NCBI GenBank assembly: GCA_951406725.2
Contig: OX597826.1
Span: 45,508,001-45,572,000 of the forward strand
Length of the DNA stretch: 64,000 nucleotides
From: Octopus vulgaris
Taxonomy: Eukaryota
Reading direction: 5' to 3'
The notes beneath the pieces are model-generated. The model saw only the letters and a list, made by a program, of their open reading frames with translations, searched no databases and had not been told where the DNA came from. Position numbers and translations under genes: made by a program. Positions 40,843 to 55,038 of the stretch are shown piece after piece. Positions within the stretch are counted from its first letter, which is position 1. The number at the start of each line of letters is the position of its first letter.

Positions 40843-40915
40843 CTCCCCGGCGGGAAATCGAACCCCCCTACTCCCGCGTGACAGACGAGGATACTTACCA
40901 TTGTACTACTGAGGA
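40843..40915 (-). tRNA. tRNA-Asp(GTC), probably a pseudogene
   Basis: Reverse complement TCCTCAGTAGTACAATGGTAAGTATCCTCGTCTGTCACGCGGGAGTAGGGGGGTTCGATTTCCCGCCGGGGAG matches eukaryotic tRNA-Asp; acceptor A-C and T-stem G-G mismatches, extra G:U pairs, no adjacent oligo-T terminator. Confidence 0.8.
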
Positions 40916-41019
40916 AAATGGAGGTGAAGTGCAATGTTGAAACCTGGACGCTGCTTTATGTTCCAAAAATATCTAGTTTAATCAGGTCATACAACCAAGT
41001 TCGAACAGTATCTGTCCGT

Positions 41020-41272
41020 TTAGTGGCCCTGGCTCCCTGTCGGCTACTACGACGAGTGTTTCAGCTGATCCAATCAACGGAACAACCTGCTCGTGAAATT
41101 AATGTGCAAGTGGCTGAGTACTCCACAGACACGCATATTCTTAACCTTGTTCTCAGGGACATTCAGCCTGACAAGGCCGGCTCATTGAAATACAGGTACA
41201 ACTCACGTTTGGGGGGATTCGAATTCCTACGATCGGGAAACAACTACCCTTGCCACTAGGCGACGCGCCTTC
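41020..41272 (-). mobile_element. SINE family D, internally deleted, with type-1 tail
   Basis: Head rc aggcgcgtcgcctagtggcaagggt; tail rc gttgtacctgtatttcaatgagccggccttgtc...agccacttgcacattaatttcacgagcagg. Confidence 0.75.
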
Positions 41273-41332
41273 TCCTATCTAATTGGAGTTAATTAAATGG
41301 CTTGAATAAATTACTTAATTAAATAAATTGAA

Positions 41333-41841
<509 letters not shown>

Positions 41842-41977
41842 AATTCATGAAAGCGAATCAAGTATAATGTGCCCATCCCAACACTTGAAATATAAACATA
41901 AAGATTAACCCCAGACTTGCTTCATTAGTAAATTTCCTTAGCAGAACATTCTGTTTTTTATAAAACATTCTATTATT

Positions 41978-42190
41978 AAGGCGGCGAGCTTGGCAGAAAC
42001 GTTAGCTCGCCGGGCGAAATACTGGTATTTCATCTGTCTTTACGTTCTGAGTTAAATTCCATCGAAGTCGACTTTATATTTCATCCTTTCGGGGTTGATA
42101 AATTAAATATCAGTTGCGTACTGGGTCCAATCTAATCGATTGCCCCCCTCCCCCGAAATTTCGAGCCTTATGCCTAGAGTAGAAAAGAAT
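41978..42190 (+). mobile_element. SINE family A monomer
   Basis: aaggcggcgagcttggcagaaacg...tttcatcctttcggggttgataaattaa...cctagagtagaaaagaat. Confidence 0.88.
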
Positions 42191-42284
42191 ATATTCTGTT
42201 ATAACCGTGCGGGTTATGTTAAGGTCGTATGATTCTAATATTGGAATTGGATTTTTTTGGAATTGGAATTTGTTTAATGCTCAT

Positions 42285-42665
42285 ATTTTATTTGTTTCAG
42301 TCATAGGCCTGTGACCATATTGGGGCACCACCACTGTGCTCCAGTACTTATTTTAAACTCTGGTGCTGGTTCAGTCGGTTTATTGTACAGAACCGTTAAG
42401 TTACGAAGACGTAAACAAACCAACACCGATTGCAAAATGGTAGGGCACAAATACAAACACAAAGACACGCACGCACGCAAGCACTTACACTCAGGACAGG
42501 CTTCTTCACAGTTTCCACCTACGAAATTCACGCACAAGCATTGATCTAAAATCAACGGTAAAATTACCAGACTAAAATTAAGTACTAGGTTCCACTTGTT
42601 CGGCTGAACCCTTCAAGGTGGTCACTCAGCATAGCCACAATCCAACAACTGCTACAAGTAAATGA
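42285..42665. mobile_element. degraded SINE family B pieces in both orientations
   Basis: gtttcagtcataggcctgtgaccat (-) and ccttcaaggtggtcactcagcatagccaca (+). Confidence 0.6.
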
Positions 42666-42780
42666 TATTGCCAAACTGTTTCCTTCCTTAGATATATGTA
42701 CATGTGTATGCCGATTTAAAGCGAGTTAGGCCTCTATGTGATCATCCATGTTACTAAAAATTGCAGCTAAGTCTCACCCT

Positions 42781-43337
42781 ACTATTAGACGCTTAGCTGC
42801 CACTCGTAAGCGAATATGACCGGGCAGTTTGTACAACTGTGCCTATGTAGTCGAAAACAGACACAGATAACCTCTTGACCCTCTCACTCTCGATCCAGCA
42901 GAACATTCGAATATATCATTCGGATGAAGAGAAAGCGGCACTTATACTATACGAGCAAAACACCCCCTGTCCAATGGACGGTGCTGAACTGTCAAACATT
43001 TAAACCAAATTTTCTCAAAACAACTTGTCCAACCGTCCCATAGGCCTCCCCTTTGAGAAACACTGATTTAACCTAAATTTGAGACACCAGCAAAAGAAGA
43101 AATAAAGATATAGTTTTTTCTATTCCAAGAAAAACGATTTTACAAATGCACGTTCCCACGGCTTTATCGATCGCATTCTCACCTGGAATCGATTTTTGTA
43201 ATTTTTTCAAGACTTATACACACCCTGATACAGTCGGTATCTACATATCAAATTTGAGCGCAATCGGATGGAGGATGCCCGAGATCCTAGAAGACACACA
43301 AACACACCCAGACAGAACGAATTTTATATAATAGACT
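42781..43337 (+). mobile_element. non-autonomous Helitron/Helentron-like element
   Basis: 3' block aaatttgagcgcaatcggatggaggatgcccgagatcc...cacacaaacacacccagacag...ttttatataatagact resembles Lep1/HINE-type termini. Confidence 0.4.
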
Positions 43338-44059
43338 AGGTGCTCATTTACAATCTATTTGACTGGAAAACGTGAAATGTAACTTGTTCGGGAACACAAC
43401 GCGCAAATGAATACAGAAACTGAAACTATGACCACATCATTACGAGTCCAACGCCGTAAGCACTAGGCTATGCACTTTAGATTCAGATTCACAAAACCAA
43501 AAATGAAAGATAACATCATGTATGTGATTCTTTTGATCATAGGTTTTCTCAGTCAGGTCTGACCTTGGGATAAACAATAAATTGTACAAACGTACCTCAT
43601 CAAAAGCTATTATTTATATTTTCCTCTAACGACTAGAAATAGTTGCCTTATTATTGTAGGAACAGAAATATCAGTAACTGCATGTATTTGATGTTTTTGC
43701 CAATAATCAAATGACATCGTTGGATATGTGGATTTCGATGGGTTCTTCGTCGTTTCGACACAAAACACTCAGTTGTTTGATCAGTTGGTCTAACCGCTGG
43801 TTAAATTGTCCTGTAAATGGAAGATATTCCACAGACACATCTGCTCTTAAAGCGACGGAATATGTAACAAGGTTAGACAGTAGAATTATTGGTATAAGCC
43901 ATCCCTCAGGCTTCCACACAGTTTCCGTTTATCTAATCTCATTCACAAACACTGAATCAACCCGAAGTTATAGTAAAAGACTCTTTTCCCAAGATACCAT
44001 TCAGTGGGATAGAACCGAGGATTTTCTAACAGCGGACGGACTATTTTTCACCACTTGGT

Positions 44060-44372
44060 CATCGACTGCGCCCAGACTGAGGCGTGTCGCGAGCCCAAGG
44101 ATTGAAATGGCCGGAACTATAGAAAAAGAAAGGTTTTCCTATGGTGTTTCCTAAGATTGAAACGGTTTCCCTTTTTCTCCAAATGGGGCGCTTGTTTGTC
44201 TCAGGGTTAACTTCCCAGATATTACTGGGTTTATTTGCTGCTGAGCGAACTTGCAGCAATATGAAATGAAATGTTTTTTTATCCAAGAGCACAACTACTT
44301 ATGGTGCAGAAATCGAAACTACTATCTTTCGGTCATGAGTGCAACACTCTGTCCACTAAGCCATGCGCCTTC
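44060..44372 (-). mobile_element. SINE family D with Meta-like domain
   Basis: rc aggcgcatggcttagtggacagagtgttgcactcatg...gttaaccctgagacaaacaagcgcccc. Confidence 0.6.
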
Positions 44373-44922
44373 ACTTGTATCTATAAATGGATTAGAATTA
44401 TTTAGTATGTTTGAAGAGACCTGGCAGTTTTTATCGAACAATTTATAAATAACTTAATGTCGTTTAGAAATAGGAATAATTAGGTTACGTTGCTTCTTTG
44501 CTTCGAGATTTCGGACGAGCGTCTAGCAGATAAACAACATCAGATAAGCATGATATAGAGTTGATATGGGACTAAAATTACAGAAACGTTTCCTTGGCTA
44601 ATCGTTATATTTTGAAAACTAATGACGAAAGGAAATTGAATTATTGAAACTACGGTAATAAGAAAATTATTGATGCATTATCAGACAATACACTTGAGGA
44701 ATAGAACAGTTGCTTAATATAGCAACCTACGTGTCTTTTTAAATATTTGTATAATTTTATTCAGTGACTTTCTCTAGGTCAAATTTAAACCTAATCACGA
44801 CGCGGACAAATGCATTCTACTTCAGGTCTTTTTAAGTTCAGAATAGTTGTAGCAAGTGCTTCAGCGAAAAATAGAATAAAATACAGAATATAATATAAAA
44901 GTTAAATCATTCTTTCACTAAC

Positions 44923-45441
44923 TGCGTAAGTATTTGCTCATATAACATCACGGCAAGTGGCTTAAAACATTTGTTTAATCCCTGTAGTGCTGACATTTCT
45001 GTAAGTATATGAATTTCATATATTTTTGCTGAGTAACTTGATATTTCCTGCGGAGTGGTATCCTAAGTAAAATGCGAGCAGCCCTGATGTAATTTCTGAA
45101 AAATACTAGAATGCAATATTCCTAATAATAAATATAAAAAAAAGGGGGGAATATTATGATCATGCCACACTACTGTAACAAGAGCTGACTCATAAATAAT
45201 AAGTCAATTGAATGGCTAAAGAACTACTGTTTAAAAGACTTCATGTCTGCGCATTGGGATGCAGCATTCAATAACATAGATAAACTGGAGACATGTGAGC
45301 AGTCGTTCTATTATAGATACAATAATTAGTTATAATAGTATCCACAGCTCCACCATGGTTCCACCAATGGATGAATGAATTACAGTAAACAAATGTTTAC
45401 TTGTAAAATTTCTCGTAAGTCAAGTTGTCGTTTCTTCTCGA
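44923..45441 (-). CDS. candidate micro-exons 45401-45441, 45240-45307, 45038-45095, 44923-44960
   Basis: GT-AG introns of 93, 144 and 77 nt; phases join to EKKRQLDLREILQ|NDCSHVSSLSMLLNAASQCADM|KNYIRAARILLRIPLRRKYQ|PLAVMLYEQILT. Donors are weak. Confidence 0.2.
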
Positions 45442-46282
45442 CTAAATTAGAAATAAATGTAAACAGTTGAAGTCAAGGATTATTCTTGTAGTTATTCATT
45501 AAGCATGATTGAGCAGTCTTATGATCAAAGGTATTTCATCCATTTATTGAGACATGGTGTATTAAAGAAGATAGCATTTTGTGTTTTCTTTTTCTTCATA
45601 CAAGACAATAAGGTGTGGCTGATGAATCGTAGTGGTTGCATGCGTCAGCATGGTCTCATCCTGTAACTTGATCTACGCAGAGAAATATAAATAGTTATAT
45701 AAATAATATACATAATTCGTTATGGGAAAACAGACTCTTTAAAGATATATGCGCAAGTTTGTAGGTATGTGTATGAGGGCGCGTGACTAAATGTTTGGAG
45801 GATTGTAGCCACGATCGCCCGGTCGTAGTTTCGAATTTCGAATTGAGTGGTGTGTTGTGGTCTTCAGAAAAACACTTAGGCTCACGTTGGTTGTTCTACT
45901 CATTTCGACATCAGCTATATGGCACACCCGCGCCATTATAGGCAATATCGATTTCATGCCGAGAGTGATCGCTGTGCAGGTTGTTTAGCAAGAAATTTCA
46001 GAACTCTCATTTGTCCTCAACGACAGATGAGTTCCATGTGTGTGTGGGGGGGATGTATTGGTGCATCCACACACACAAATATTCAAGCGTATGCACACAC
46101 ACACACGCATATATATGTATGTATATATATATAACGTGATGCATATATGCCATTTGAATATGGCTAACCCAAAAGGGTGGATGCTACTGTAGTTTATAGC
46201 CCCATAACTCGCTCTGAGATTTATCATTATACATACATACATACATACATACATACATACATACATACATACATACATACTT

Positions 46283-46627
46283 AGGCGCAGGAGTGGCCGT
46301 AAGATAAGTAGCTTGATTACCAACAACATGGTTCCGGATTCAGTCCCACTGCGTGGCACCTTGGGCAAGTGTCTTCCACTATAACCTCGAGCCGAATAAA
46401 GCCTTGTGAGTGGATTTGGTAGACGAAAACTAAAAGAAGCCCGTCGTATATATGTATGTGTGTATATATATATTTGTGTGTGTGTTTGTGTGTCTGTGTT
46501 TGTCCCCCAACATTGCCTGACAACCGATGCTGGTGTGCTTGCGTCCCCGTAACCTAGCGGTTCGGCAAAAGAGACCGATAGATTAAGTACTAGGCTTACA
46601 AAGAATAAGTTCTGGGGTCGATTTGCT
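46283..46627 (+). mobile_element. SINE family B, 3'-truncated
   Basis: Near-consensus copy that stops at ggggtcgatttgct. Confidence 0.9.
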
Positions 46628-46946
46628 GTTGACACCGGCTTACGCTTATTGACCGATCCCCATATACTGCATTAATATTCCTCGCACTTTCCATTGCGTT
46701 GTTGCCTTTATTGAACTCATAAAACAAAATATGCCGAATATGCTCCTTTGTCACTTCCATTAAATCTTTGAAAAGAATAACTGTTAAATCGAACTGCACT
46801 CTTCAAAACTTGCACTAAGAATAAGGACAAAGTAAAATTACTAGCTGCTTTTATAGCAAATTGATGCAGATAGTTTCTCCCGATCCTTACCAGCTTTTAG
46901 CTCATGCAATTGAAAAAATGCCGCGTTATTTACAGGATGACCCTAT
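46628..46946 (-). mobile_element. mariner 5' end: TIR plus transposase N-terminal HTH
   Basis: MEVTKEHIRHILFYEFNKGNNAMESARNINAVYGDRSISVSRCQ (ATG at 46760); terminus rc ta-tagggtcatcctgtaaataacgcggc at a TA tract. Confidence 0.85.
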
Positions 46947-46960
46947 ATATATCTATATGT

Positions 46961-47023
<63 letters not shown>

Positions 47024-47218
47024 CGTGTGTGTGTTTGTGTGTGTGTCTGTATACACACATTTTTGATTGGAAAATTTGGAGTCAACAATTTATTTTTTAA
47101 TTACTACAATTGTTTCCGCGCAACACAGTTCTCTACTACTGAATAGTACAGGGTAAATCTGAAGGTGGACGAGCTTTATGCTGTACTCTACTACGTAACA
47201 GAATATGCCACAACTATA

Positions 47219-47252
<34 letters not shown>

Positions 47253-47265
47253 CATATATACATAC

Positions 47266-47309
<44 letters not shown>

Positions 47310-47692
47310 TTGTATATACGCATATATATGCGCATATATATATACACATATATATGCATATATATATACATATATATTAAAGATATATATAGAGAGTGAG
47401 AGAATGAAAGAGAGCGAGAGAAAGAGAAAGAGTCACGAACGTGTTTATTGTATCAAAAATTGCCAGGCTACGCTGAGTTTTACCACGATCTAGTCTGCTC
47501 ACGATTATCTTGCATAGCCCAGCCTCATGTGAGACTCAAAGCAGAGTGTCAATTTCTTTATGTAATAAACATATCTATCCACTCTACATAACGTATGTTA
47601 TAACTTTGGTTAAGAGGATATGCCTCTTTATATATATGTGTGTGTTTGTGTGTGTGTGTATGTACGTATGTATATATATATATATGTATATA

Positions 47693-47764
<72 letters not shown>

Positions 47765-48149
47765 TGATATATATATATGCATGATATATATATATATGCA
47801 TGACGTATATATATATGCTTGATATATATGGACGCCTTTCTTCAGTAGGTTTTCTTCTGGTATATGAGTTATTGTGCTTTTCATATCTGGAATGCTAGTC
47901 TGTTTAAAATTCTTCCGTAGCAGTATTGACAAATTAAGTGTTTATCAAATTGTGTGCAGAAGCTTTTAACTATATTAGTTTTTACAGTTAATGAGAACGT
48001 AGTGTGAAGCCAGATCTTAATAAGAGGTCTATGAAAGAAATTAGCAATATTTGCGCTCATAGTATTAATTAAAATTCTCAAACTTTACATGTGATGGCAT
48101 GATTTAGCGTTTACACATTTTAAACTCACATTAGACTTGTAGTGGGGTT

Positions 48150-48688
48150 CATAAATATTATGCATAAACTACGGGCATTTAAGGACAAAAGTTTGTATCT
48201 TGATTTCAGATGACGATGATATACAGGGGATGGTTGATTGTTCTTGTTTAGTTTCCCATGATTTTCGTATTGCTAGTTATTGTGGGTGCAGTATACTCAG
48301 ACCAACTGATATCCTTTATCCACGACTCACCAGACTTAACAAATTTCCATACTTGCCCATCGTCGCGTAGGCTAAAGCTTTCCTGTGGCACAGCATTGCG
48401 ATTTAGGGAAGCTACAGATCTTAGCGTTGGGCGTACATCAGGTGGTAGGCCAGGACGTGTCCGAAAGGTAATTCTGTTTTCGTGCCGAGCCCTATCAGTG
48501 GCTAGATGGTATGCCTGCACCTCAGTAGAGTTCGAAAACAACAGCCTAATCAATCTGGGTTTGGATCCTGGTCGGCCAAGGTGGAAAGCACTTTTTGGAG
48601 GAACATAGCTTAGGTCCTTGGATGTGTTGCCAGTAAATGCCTGTAGATCTACCACGTCGATCGAAATGAAGGATAATATAAAGGACAT
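48150..48688 (-). mobile_element. LINE fragment: ORF1 C-terminal half (open, 146 aa) plus start of the APE endonuclease
   Basis: HLGRPGSKPRLIRLLF...GN* resembles CR1/L2/Jockey-group ORF1p; just downstream KLLSLNARSL matches APE motif I. Confidence 0.65.
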
Positions 48689-49759
48689 TCGCTACATTTG
48701 GGTTGATTATTAATGATTATTTTTACGTTCAGCAAATTCAAGGTGCTGATAAGGTCCCTTTTAAATTTAGCATATGCCCATGTCTACACAAAACTATGTT
48801 GGAACTATTGAATCAACTTTTCGAAACGTCGTATATGTGTGGACCGATGCAATCACATATCTCTGCGCTTATATCCGACCCCATACTTAACATCGAATAA
48901 GCATATGACGACTGTTATTTTATCCATACTGTGACCTAATCGGAAAGTAAAGTCTTGGCACATATGATGATCGCTAAGTCAATGTAATCTATAACGCTGT
49001 ATCTTTATTAAATAGTGAACGGATATGGACGGTAGAAATTAGAAATATCGAATTATGATTATAGAACTCCGTTCATCACGAATGTTGTTAAACCTCTCGA
49101 TTACTATGTTGATATTGGTTCAATGCTATTGACTAATTTCTCTCTTAAATTTGTCATTAATTTTATGTAAAGTGTATTTCAGATGATGTCAATTATGTAC
49201 AACAGAAAAAAAAACAATAATATTGGAAACCTCGAAAATTTGATGTCATTGTTCAAGGAATACTGTGGAAGCACAGTCTGGCTCTTTACAAAATTGATAA
49301 GCTTGAAAAGGAAAACCAGCAATCGGCATTGATAATCTGTCTACAGTAAGTAGAAGCTTCATCTAGTGGTTGATCAAAAACGTCTGAGTGCAATGGAATA
49401 TTTATGTTCTGTGTTTAAATACCACTAAGATCAACTTTGCTCTTCACTCACCGACAAAGTAATGTACCAGCCAAATACTAGGATCGATTAAATCAGCTAT
49501 ACACAATTACAAACAAGCGAAGCATACACACGCTCACACATATGCATACAAACATATGCGAACATACACGCTTTAGCCCTTGTATCAATGTTAGAAACCA
49601 ATATGAAGACTCCACTAGAATGGACGAAAGCGCTAATATATATATGATATATGATGTATAAAAACATGTAACATACAAATAAATATCTGTAGATATAAAA
49701 CCATTCGAATTTCTGAGTTCCTCATTTCTTCTAATATAAAATACCATCATCTCCAAACC

Positions 49760-49983
<224 letters not shown>

Positions 49984-50869
49984 TGTATATGCATGTGTAT
50001 ATGTATATATGAGCGCATGCGTAAGTCATGAAACGTTAGACCATTTTTTTAAATAGAAGTGTGGACTGCACTCAGAACGTACTAATTCTCTTTATGTTCT
50101 TTGAAAAGCTTATTCTATATCAAGAGAAAATCTAACTATGAAAAAAAAAAAATTGCAGAATCTTGTAATAACTCGAGTCGGAGAACCTGAAATATAATAC
50201 CTTGATTAATTAGTTGTTATCTGTGTAATAGGTGCAGGACAATTGAATACGGAGTGTAACGGAGTTCAAAAGAAAATCTGGAGCAATAGTTTACCATGTA
50301 CTAACACACTTCAGCACTAGTTCAGTTAATTGGCCCCAGATGTACTGCAATGATGTAGATGCTGTAGATACGCAAACAAATGCTTGTGCAGATAAATATA
50401 TCAAAAAAAGAATGTGATCGTGTTTCTCCACGCCATCTTTTCTGACCCTCCCCCCATTCATTCTTGTACGCTCTATCTTTGTTTTCTATATTCTCCATCT
50501 CCATCTCCATTTATCTATCTGTTGTTATATATCAAACTTCCTTTGCTCCTCTTCTGTGCACACGCACATACATACACACACATATGCACAAACACACGCA
50601 CATACACACACAGAGGATCTTCGCCCCCTTTCTCTCTCTCGCCCTCTCTCTTCCCGCGCTTTAGATATTTGTTACGTTACGTCTTCATCTCACAACATTG
50701 CTGACTTTGATGGATTCATTGCCCTCTTTCTCTTGCATTTCATACAATATTTTCTACTCACTACGCGTACTACTCTACCTTTAGATTCTCCCTCTCTTCC
50801 ATTCAAAATATTTCTACTAGCACATACAGATGTAATAGTTAAGATATAGTTCGCATATCTCAGACAGTG

Positions 50870-51245
50870 CTGATATTATACACCCTAAAGACGGTGTTTA
50901 AAATTCAGGAGAAATCCGTCCAACTCAATGGTAAAGACTCGATCATTAAGATACTTGGTCCAATTGCTTGCATCTACTTGTACTGAGGCTTCTCTACATT
51001 TCTTCTAACACTAAAAGAACTACCACTGCTCCTCTGATTTAGATATTTGGATACGTCCTCTCTCGGGACCAACGGAATCATACACACACACACACACACA
51101 CACACTTCACCTCGACATTTTTTCTGTTCTTCCGTGTTAACAAGAGAGCCCTCACTTCAATTATTTTCTTGCTAATGAGAGAAGCTCCCTCTTCCTTTCC
51201 GAGCTTAGGAAAATGTTCCCTTACCCAGTTCTTTCTGATCTAACG
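50870..51245 (+). pseudogene. decayed CR1/L2-group LINE 3' region
   Basis: KIQEKSVQL and ASLHFF*H*KNYHCSSDL resemble RIQRKAIRL...SLxLFYRYYxGxCSxEL; a related end FWNSIPNHV...LQMMRTNINSI lies at about 51910-52015. Confidence 0.4.
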
Positions 51246-51429
51246 AAGGAGACCCCCACTCCTGTCGGAGCTAAAGAGGAAGTTTCTTAGACAGTCCTAT
51301 CGAGAAGTACATCTACCATTCTGTCCTTTCGGAACTAATGAAGGAACCTCAACATAGTCATTCAACTTGGTATGAACAATAGCCAAATACACAGCAAAAT
51401 CATACTCATCAAACATTAAAATGTCGTAC

Positions 51430-51790
51430 TTATTTATTTCTTTTATTACCCACAAGGGGCTAAATATAGAGGGGACAAACAAGGACAAACAAAAGGATGA
51501 AAGGCACAGTCGACCTCGACGGAATTTGAACTCAGAACGTAGCGGCAGACGAAATAACTATTTCTTTACTACCCACAAGGGGCTAAACACAGAGGGGACA
51601 AACAAGGACAGAAAAACGGATTAAGTTGATTATATCGACTCCAGTGCGTAGCTGGTACTTATTTAATCGACCCCGAAAGGATGAAAGGCAAAGTCGACCT
51701 CGGCGGAATTTGAACTCAGAACGCAAAGACAGATGAAATGCCGCTAAGCATTTCGCCCGGCGTGCTAACGTTTCTGCTAACTCTCCGCCT
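51430..51790 (-). mobile_element. SINE family A with duplicated, partly deleted module
   Basis: Two copies of tatttcttt(t)aYtacccacaaggggctaaa. Confidence 0.88.
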
Positions 51791-52084
51791 TGTTAAAATG
51801 TCATACCTGTACATAAAAATATAGACATAATTATCTCATGGAACGCTTTTAGTCACTCCTAAGCCTATTCGATCACGGGTAATCCCGAGACTAAACAACA
51901 ATAACCCGACCCTTCCTCCCCGTAACTACAATCTTCTGGAATTCCATCCCAAACCATGTAGCATTTTCATTCAGACTACAGATGATGAGAACAAACATCA
52001 ACTCCATCAAACTTATCAATCTGCGAAGACTACAACAGTTGTGAGTTATTTCCTCTTGTCAATTAACAAACGTACAGAAATAAT

Positions 52085-52299
52085 TATTTCAAATTTTTCC
52101 CACAAGGGCAGCTTGGGGGAGGTGGGGATTTGTCGATTACATCGACCTCAGTATTCTACTGGTACTTGTTTTATCAACCCCGAAAGAATGAAAGGCAAAC
52201 TCGACCACGGCGGAATTTGAACTCAGAACGTAGTGACCGGCGAAATGCCGCTAAGCATTTCGTCCAGCGTGCTACAGGTTCTGCCAGCTCGCCGCCTTA
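52085..52299 (-). mobile_element. SINE family A monomer
   Basis: Ends with tctgccagctcgccgcctt. Confidence 0.88.
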
Positions 52300-53662
52300 A
52301 CGTACGGAAATAACATGACGAGAATTTTAATATTCATATAAAGTGTCAAGTTCGAATCGAGTTCTAGTCTTCGAATTCAACGAATTGTCTGTAGTTTCAT
52401 TATTGCCGTATACTACAGACAATTCTGGTACTGAATTCTTCGAAATGTGTAATCTTTTCGACTCTATTACTAACAGTTCCGTTGATGTCTCCTTACAATA
52501 TTATTTCTTGCGTCTTTAACCTTTTGTCTGTTCTGTTCATGTACATGTGACATGTAGGATAATAAAATGTGTCAGGGAGGCCTGAACACATTTCTCTGAC
52601 GTCCACGTATCACACGTGATACACATTTTCAATTTTTTTCAAACACTAGAGTTATTTGGGACATACAAAAAAAGTTTTATATTATTGAGAACGTATGAAA
52701 AAATAGATTACAAAAAGTCTCAAAAACAATCATGAACATTTATGACAAACCTATGAAAATACTTTGAATAGATTAATTAATGGTTAATGAATAGGCTAAT
52801 GAACGGCAAAACGTTCTACAATTGAGATAGAAAGAAATTTTATATTTTGAGTAAGGCGCGTATTGAGACCAGTTCAAAGGTTTGGCTTCACAGAAATTTC
52901 TTTCTTGTTCTCTAGTAATTTTAAAACTATTCCTTTAGACGAATATGAAATTGTTTCAATTGATCGGAATTTAGGATTGATATTGATCTCAGCTTTTATA
53001 CTTAGCTTCCCTTTTTGTGATCCGAATAGTGTTTGTTTCGTTGCCAGATAATAAAGCCAAAATGCTGAGGGGGACTTTTAAATAATGGACGACTGTCTTG
53101 AAACGGAATTGAAGTCTGTTTTCAAAGTTTCCAACTTACTGACATTTTTAAACTTCTGTAGCTTATAGTAAAAGAATGCAAAAAAATAAAAAATGAAGAC
53201 CAGGAAAAATAAGACAAAAACATTAAGAAAATTATAAAAGAGAAAAACAAAAACGAAGATAATGGATAATATATAGACAGGAAAGAGACATAAACATCGC
53301 TTGAAGAATGAAAGAAACCAATAAAATGGTAAAATAAAATAGAAAGTGGAATAACAACAACAACAATAACAACAACGACGACGTTTTTTTTAAATCTAGC
53401 CTTAGAGCAATATAAACTGACAAACGAAAAAAATTAGTGATTCTACATAATGTTAGTGGAAAGATAAAACTGTCTTTAATATTTTAGTAACAAACCAGTT
53501 CCCTAGGTTGGGCACGCCTGGGATTATATCGTGTAAATATATCGTGAGTGTTATGTGTTAGTCTGTGTAAATATGCGTGATTATAGCGATACAGTATGTG
53601 TGTATGTGTGTGTGAGTTTGTGTCTGCGTATGTGTTTGTGTATGTAAATGCATATATGTGTA

Positions 53663-53702
<40 letters not shown>

Positions 53703-53789
53703 CATACAAATTTACACAAATATATACATACATGTATTTACATGTATATGATTGTATGTACCTCTCTCACTCACTGTTTATACAAACAC

Positions 53790-53847
<58 letters not shown>

Positions 53848-54157
53848 TGCATGTGTGTGTATGTGTGTGTGTGCATGTATTACTAGATAAACATACATAT
53901 GCATTTATATTGCGCAAGGAACGAGAACCTCAAAGAATGAGTAAGCTTGGACACATATTATTACTCAAAGTAAGGTATTAAAGTTCCCGTACATATGTGT
54001 GTATATGTATGTGCATGTATATATGTATGTACATGTCCGTATACATATACATATACATATATTTGTATATATACACATATGCACTCACATACATATACAT
54101 ATATATATATATAGATATATATGTATATATATTTGCATATATACACATATATATGCG

Positions 54158-54345
54158 TCATCATCATCATTGTTCGACCGTGGTCGAGACAATGGAATTT
54201 ACCATGCTACGCCAGACTTCACGGTCCATCATGGCATTACGGAGGTCCTGTTGCTGGATGCCTGTATCCCTGGAGATTACATCAGGGTAGGAGAGTGTGC
54301 GCCCTCTGGTATTGCGAGTAGATGGCTTCCAGAGAAGAGTAGAAA
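54158..54345 (-). mobile_element. 5'-truncated RTE-clade LINE 3' end with (TGA)n tail
   Basis: Open frame [58 protein letters not shown] followed by tgatgatga. Confidence 0.8.
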
Positions 54346-54673
54346 TATATATATCTTTACTCACTCTTGGACTAACTTATTAGTGGTTAAGTGGTTAAGC
54401 GTTCCGTAGTTACGTTTACTTTCAACGTAATTCTCAAGCAGAGTTGGAGCACTATAGTACCGAGGGAATTACTGGTACAAGCCATCCAACAGGCTTTTGT
54501 ACATTTGCCGTCTTTAGATTTTCGTTCGTGAATTATTGGTGTTACCAAGGCTAAAGAAAATGAAACATGCCCAAGATGGGATCGAACGCAGACACCGACG
54601 TTGTGAAAGGAATTTTAGAACCAATCAGACGTGTTGCATATACAACTGCATGCGTACATATATACACATATAC

Positions 54674-54714
<41 letters not shown>

Positions 54715-54760
54715 TGCGTGTAATTGTGTTTGTACGCATGCAGATTTATGTATATGTATG

Positions 54761-54813
<53 letters not shown>

Positions 54814-54825
54814 TATACATATATA

Positions 54826-54889
<64 letters not shown>

Positions 54890-54993
54890 ATATAAAATGG
54901 GACAAGAACGCAAAACATTCAAATAGACGATACAAAAAACGGACGGGTCATTCGAAGCCTCTAATCTTACATAAACTCGTACACACATATACC

Positions 54994-55038
<45 letters not shown>

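Noticed and set aside
52382-52425. 14-bp perfect inverted repeat (possible pre-miRNA or terminator)
   Set aside because: Short, single-copy and without supporting context.
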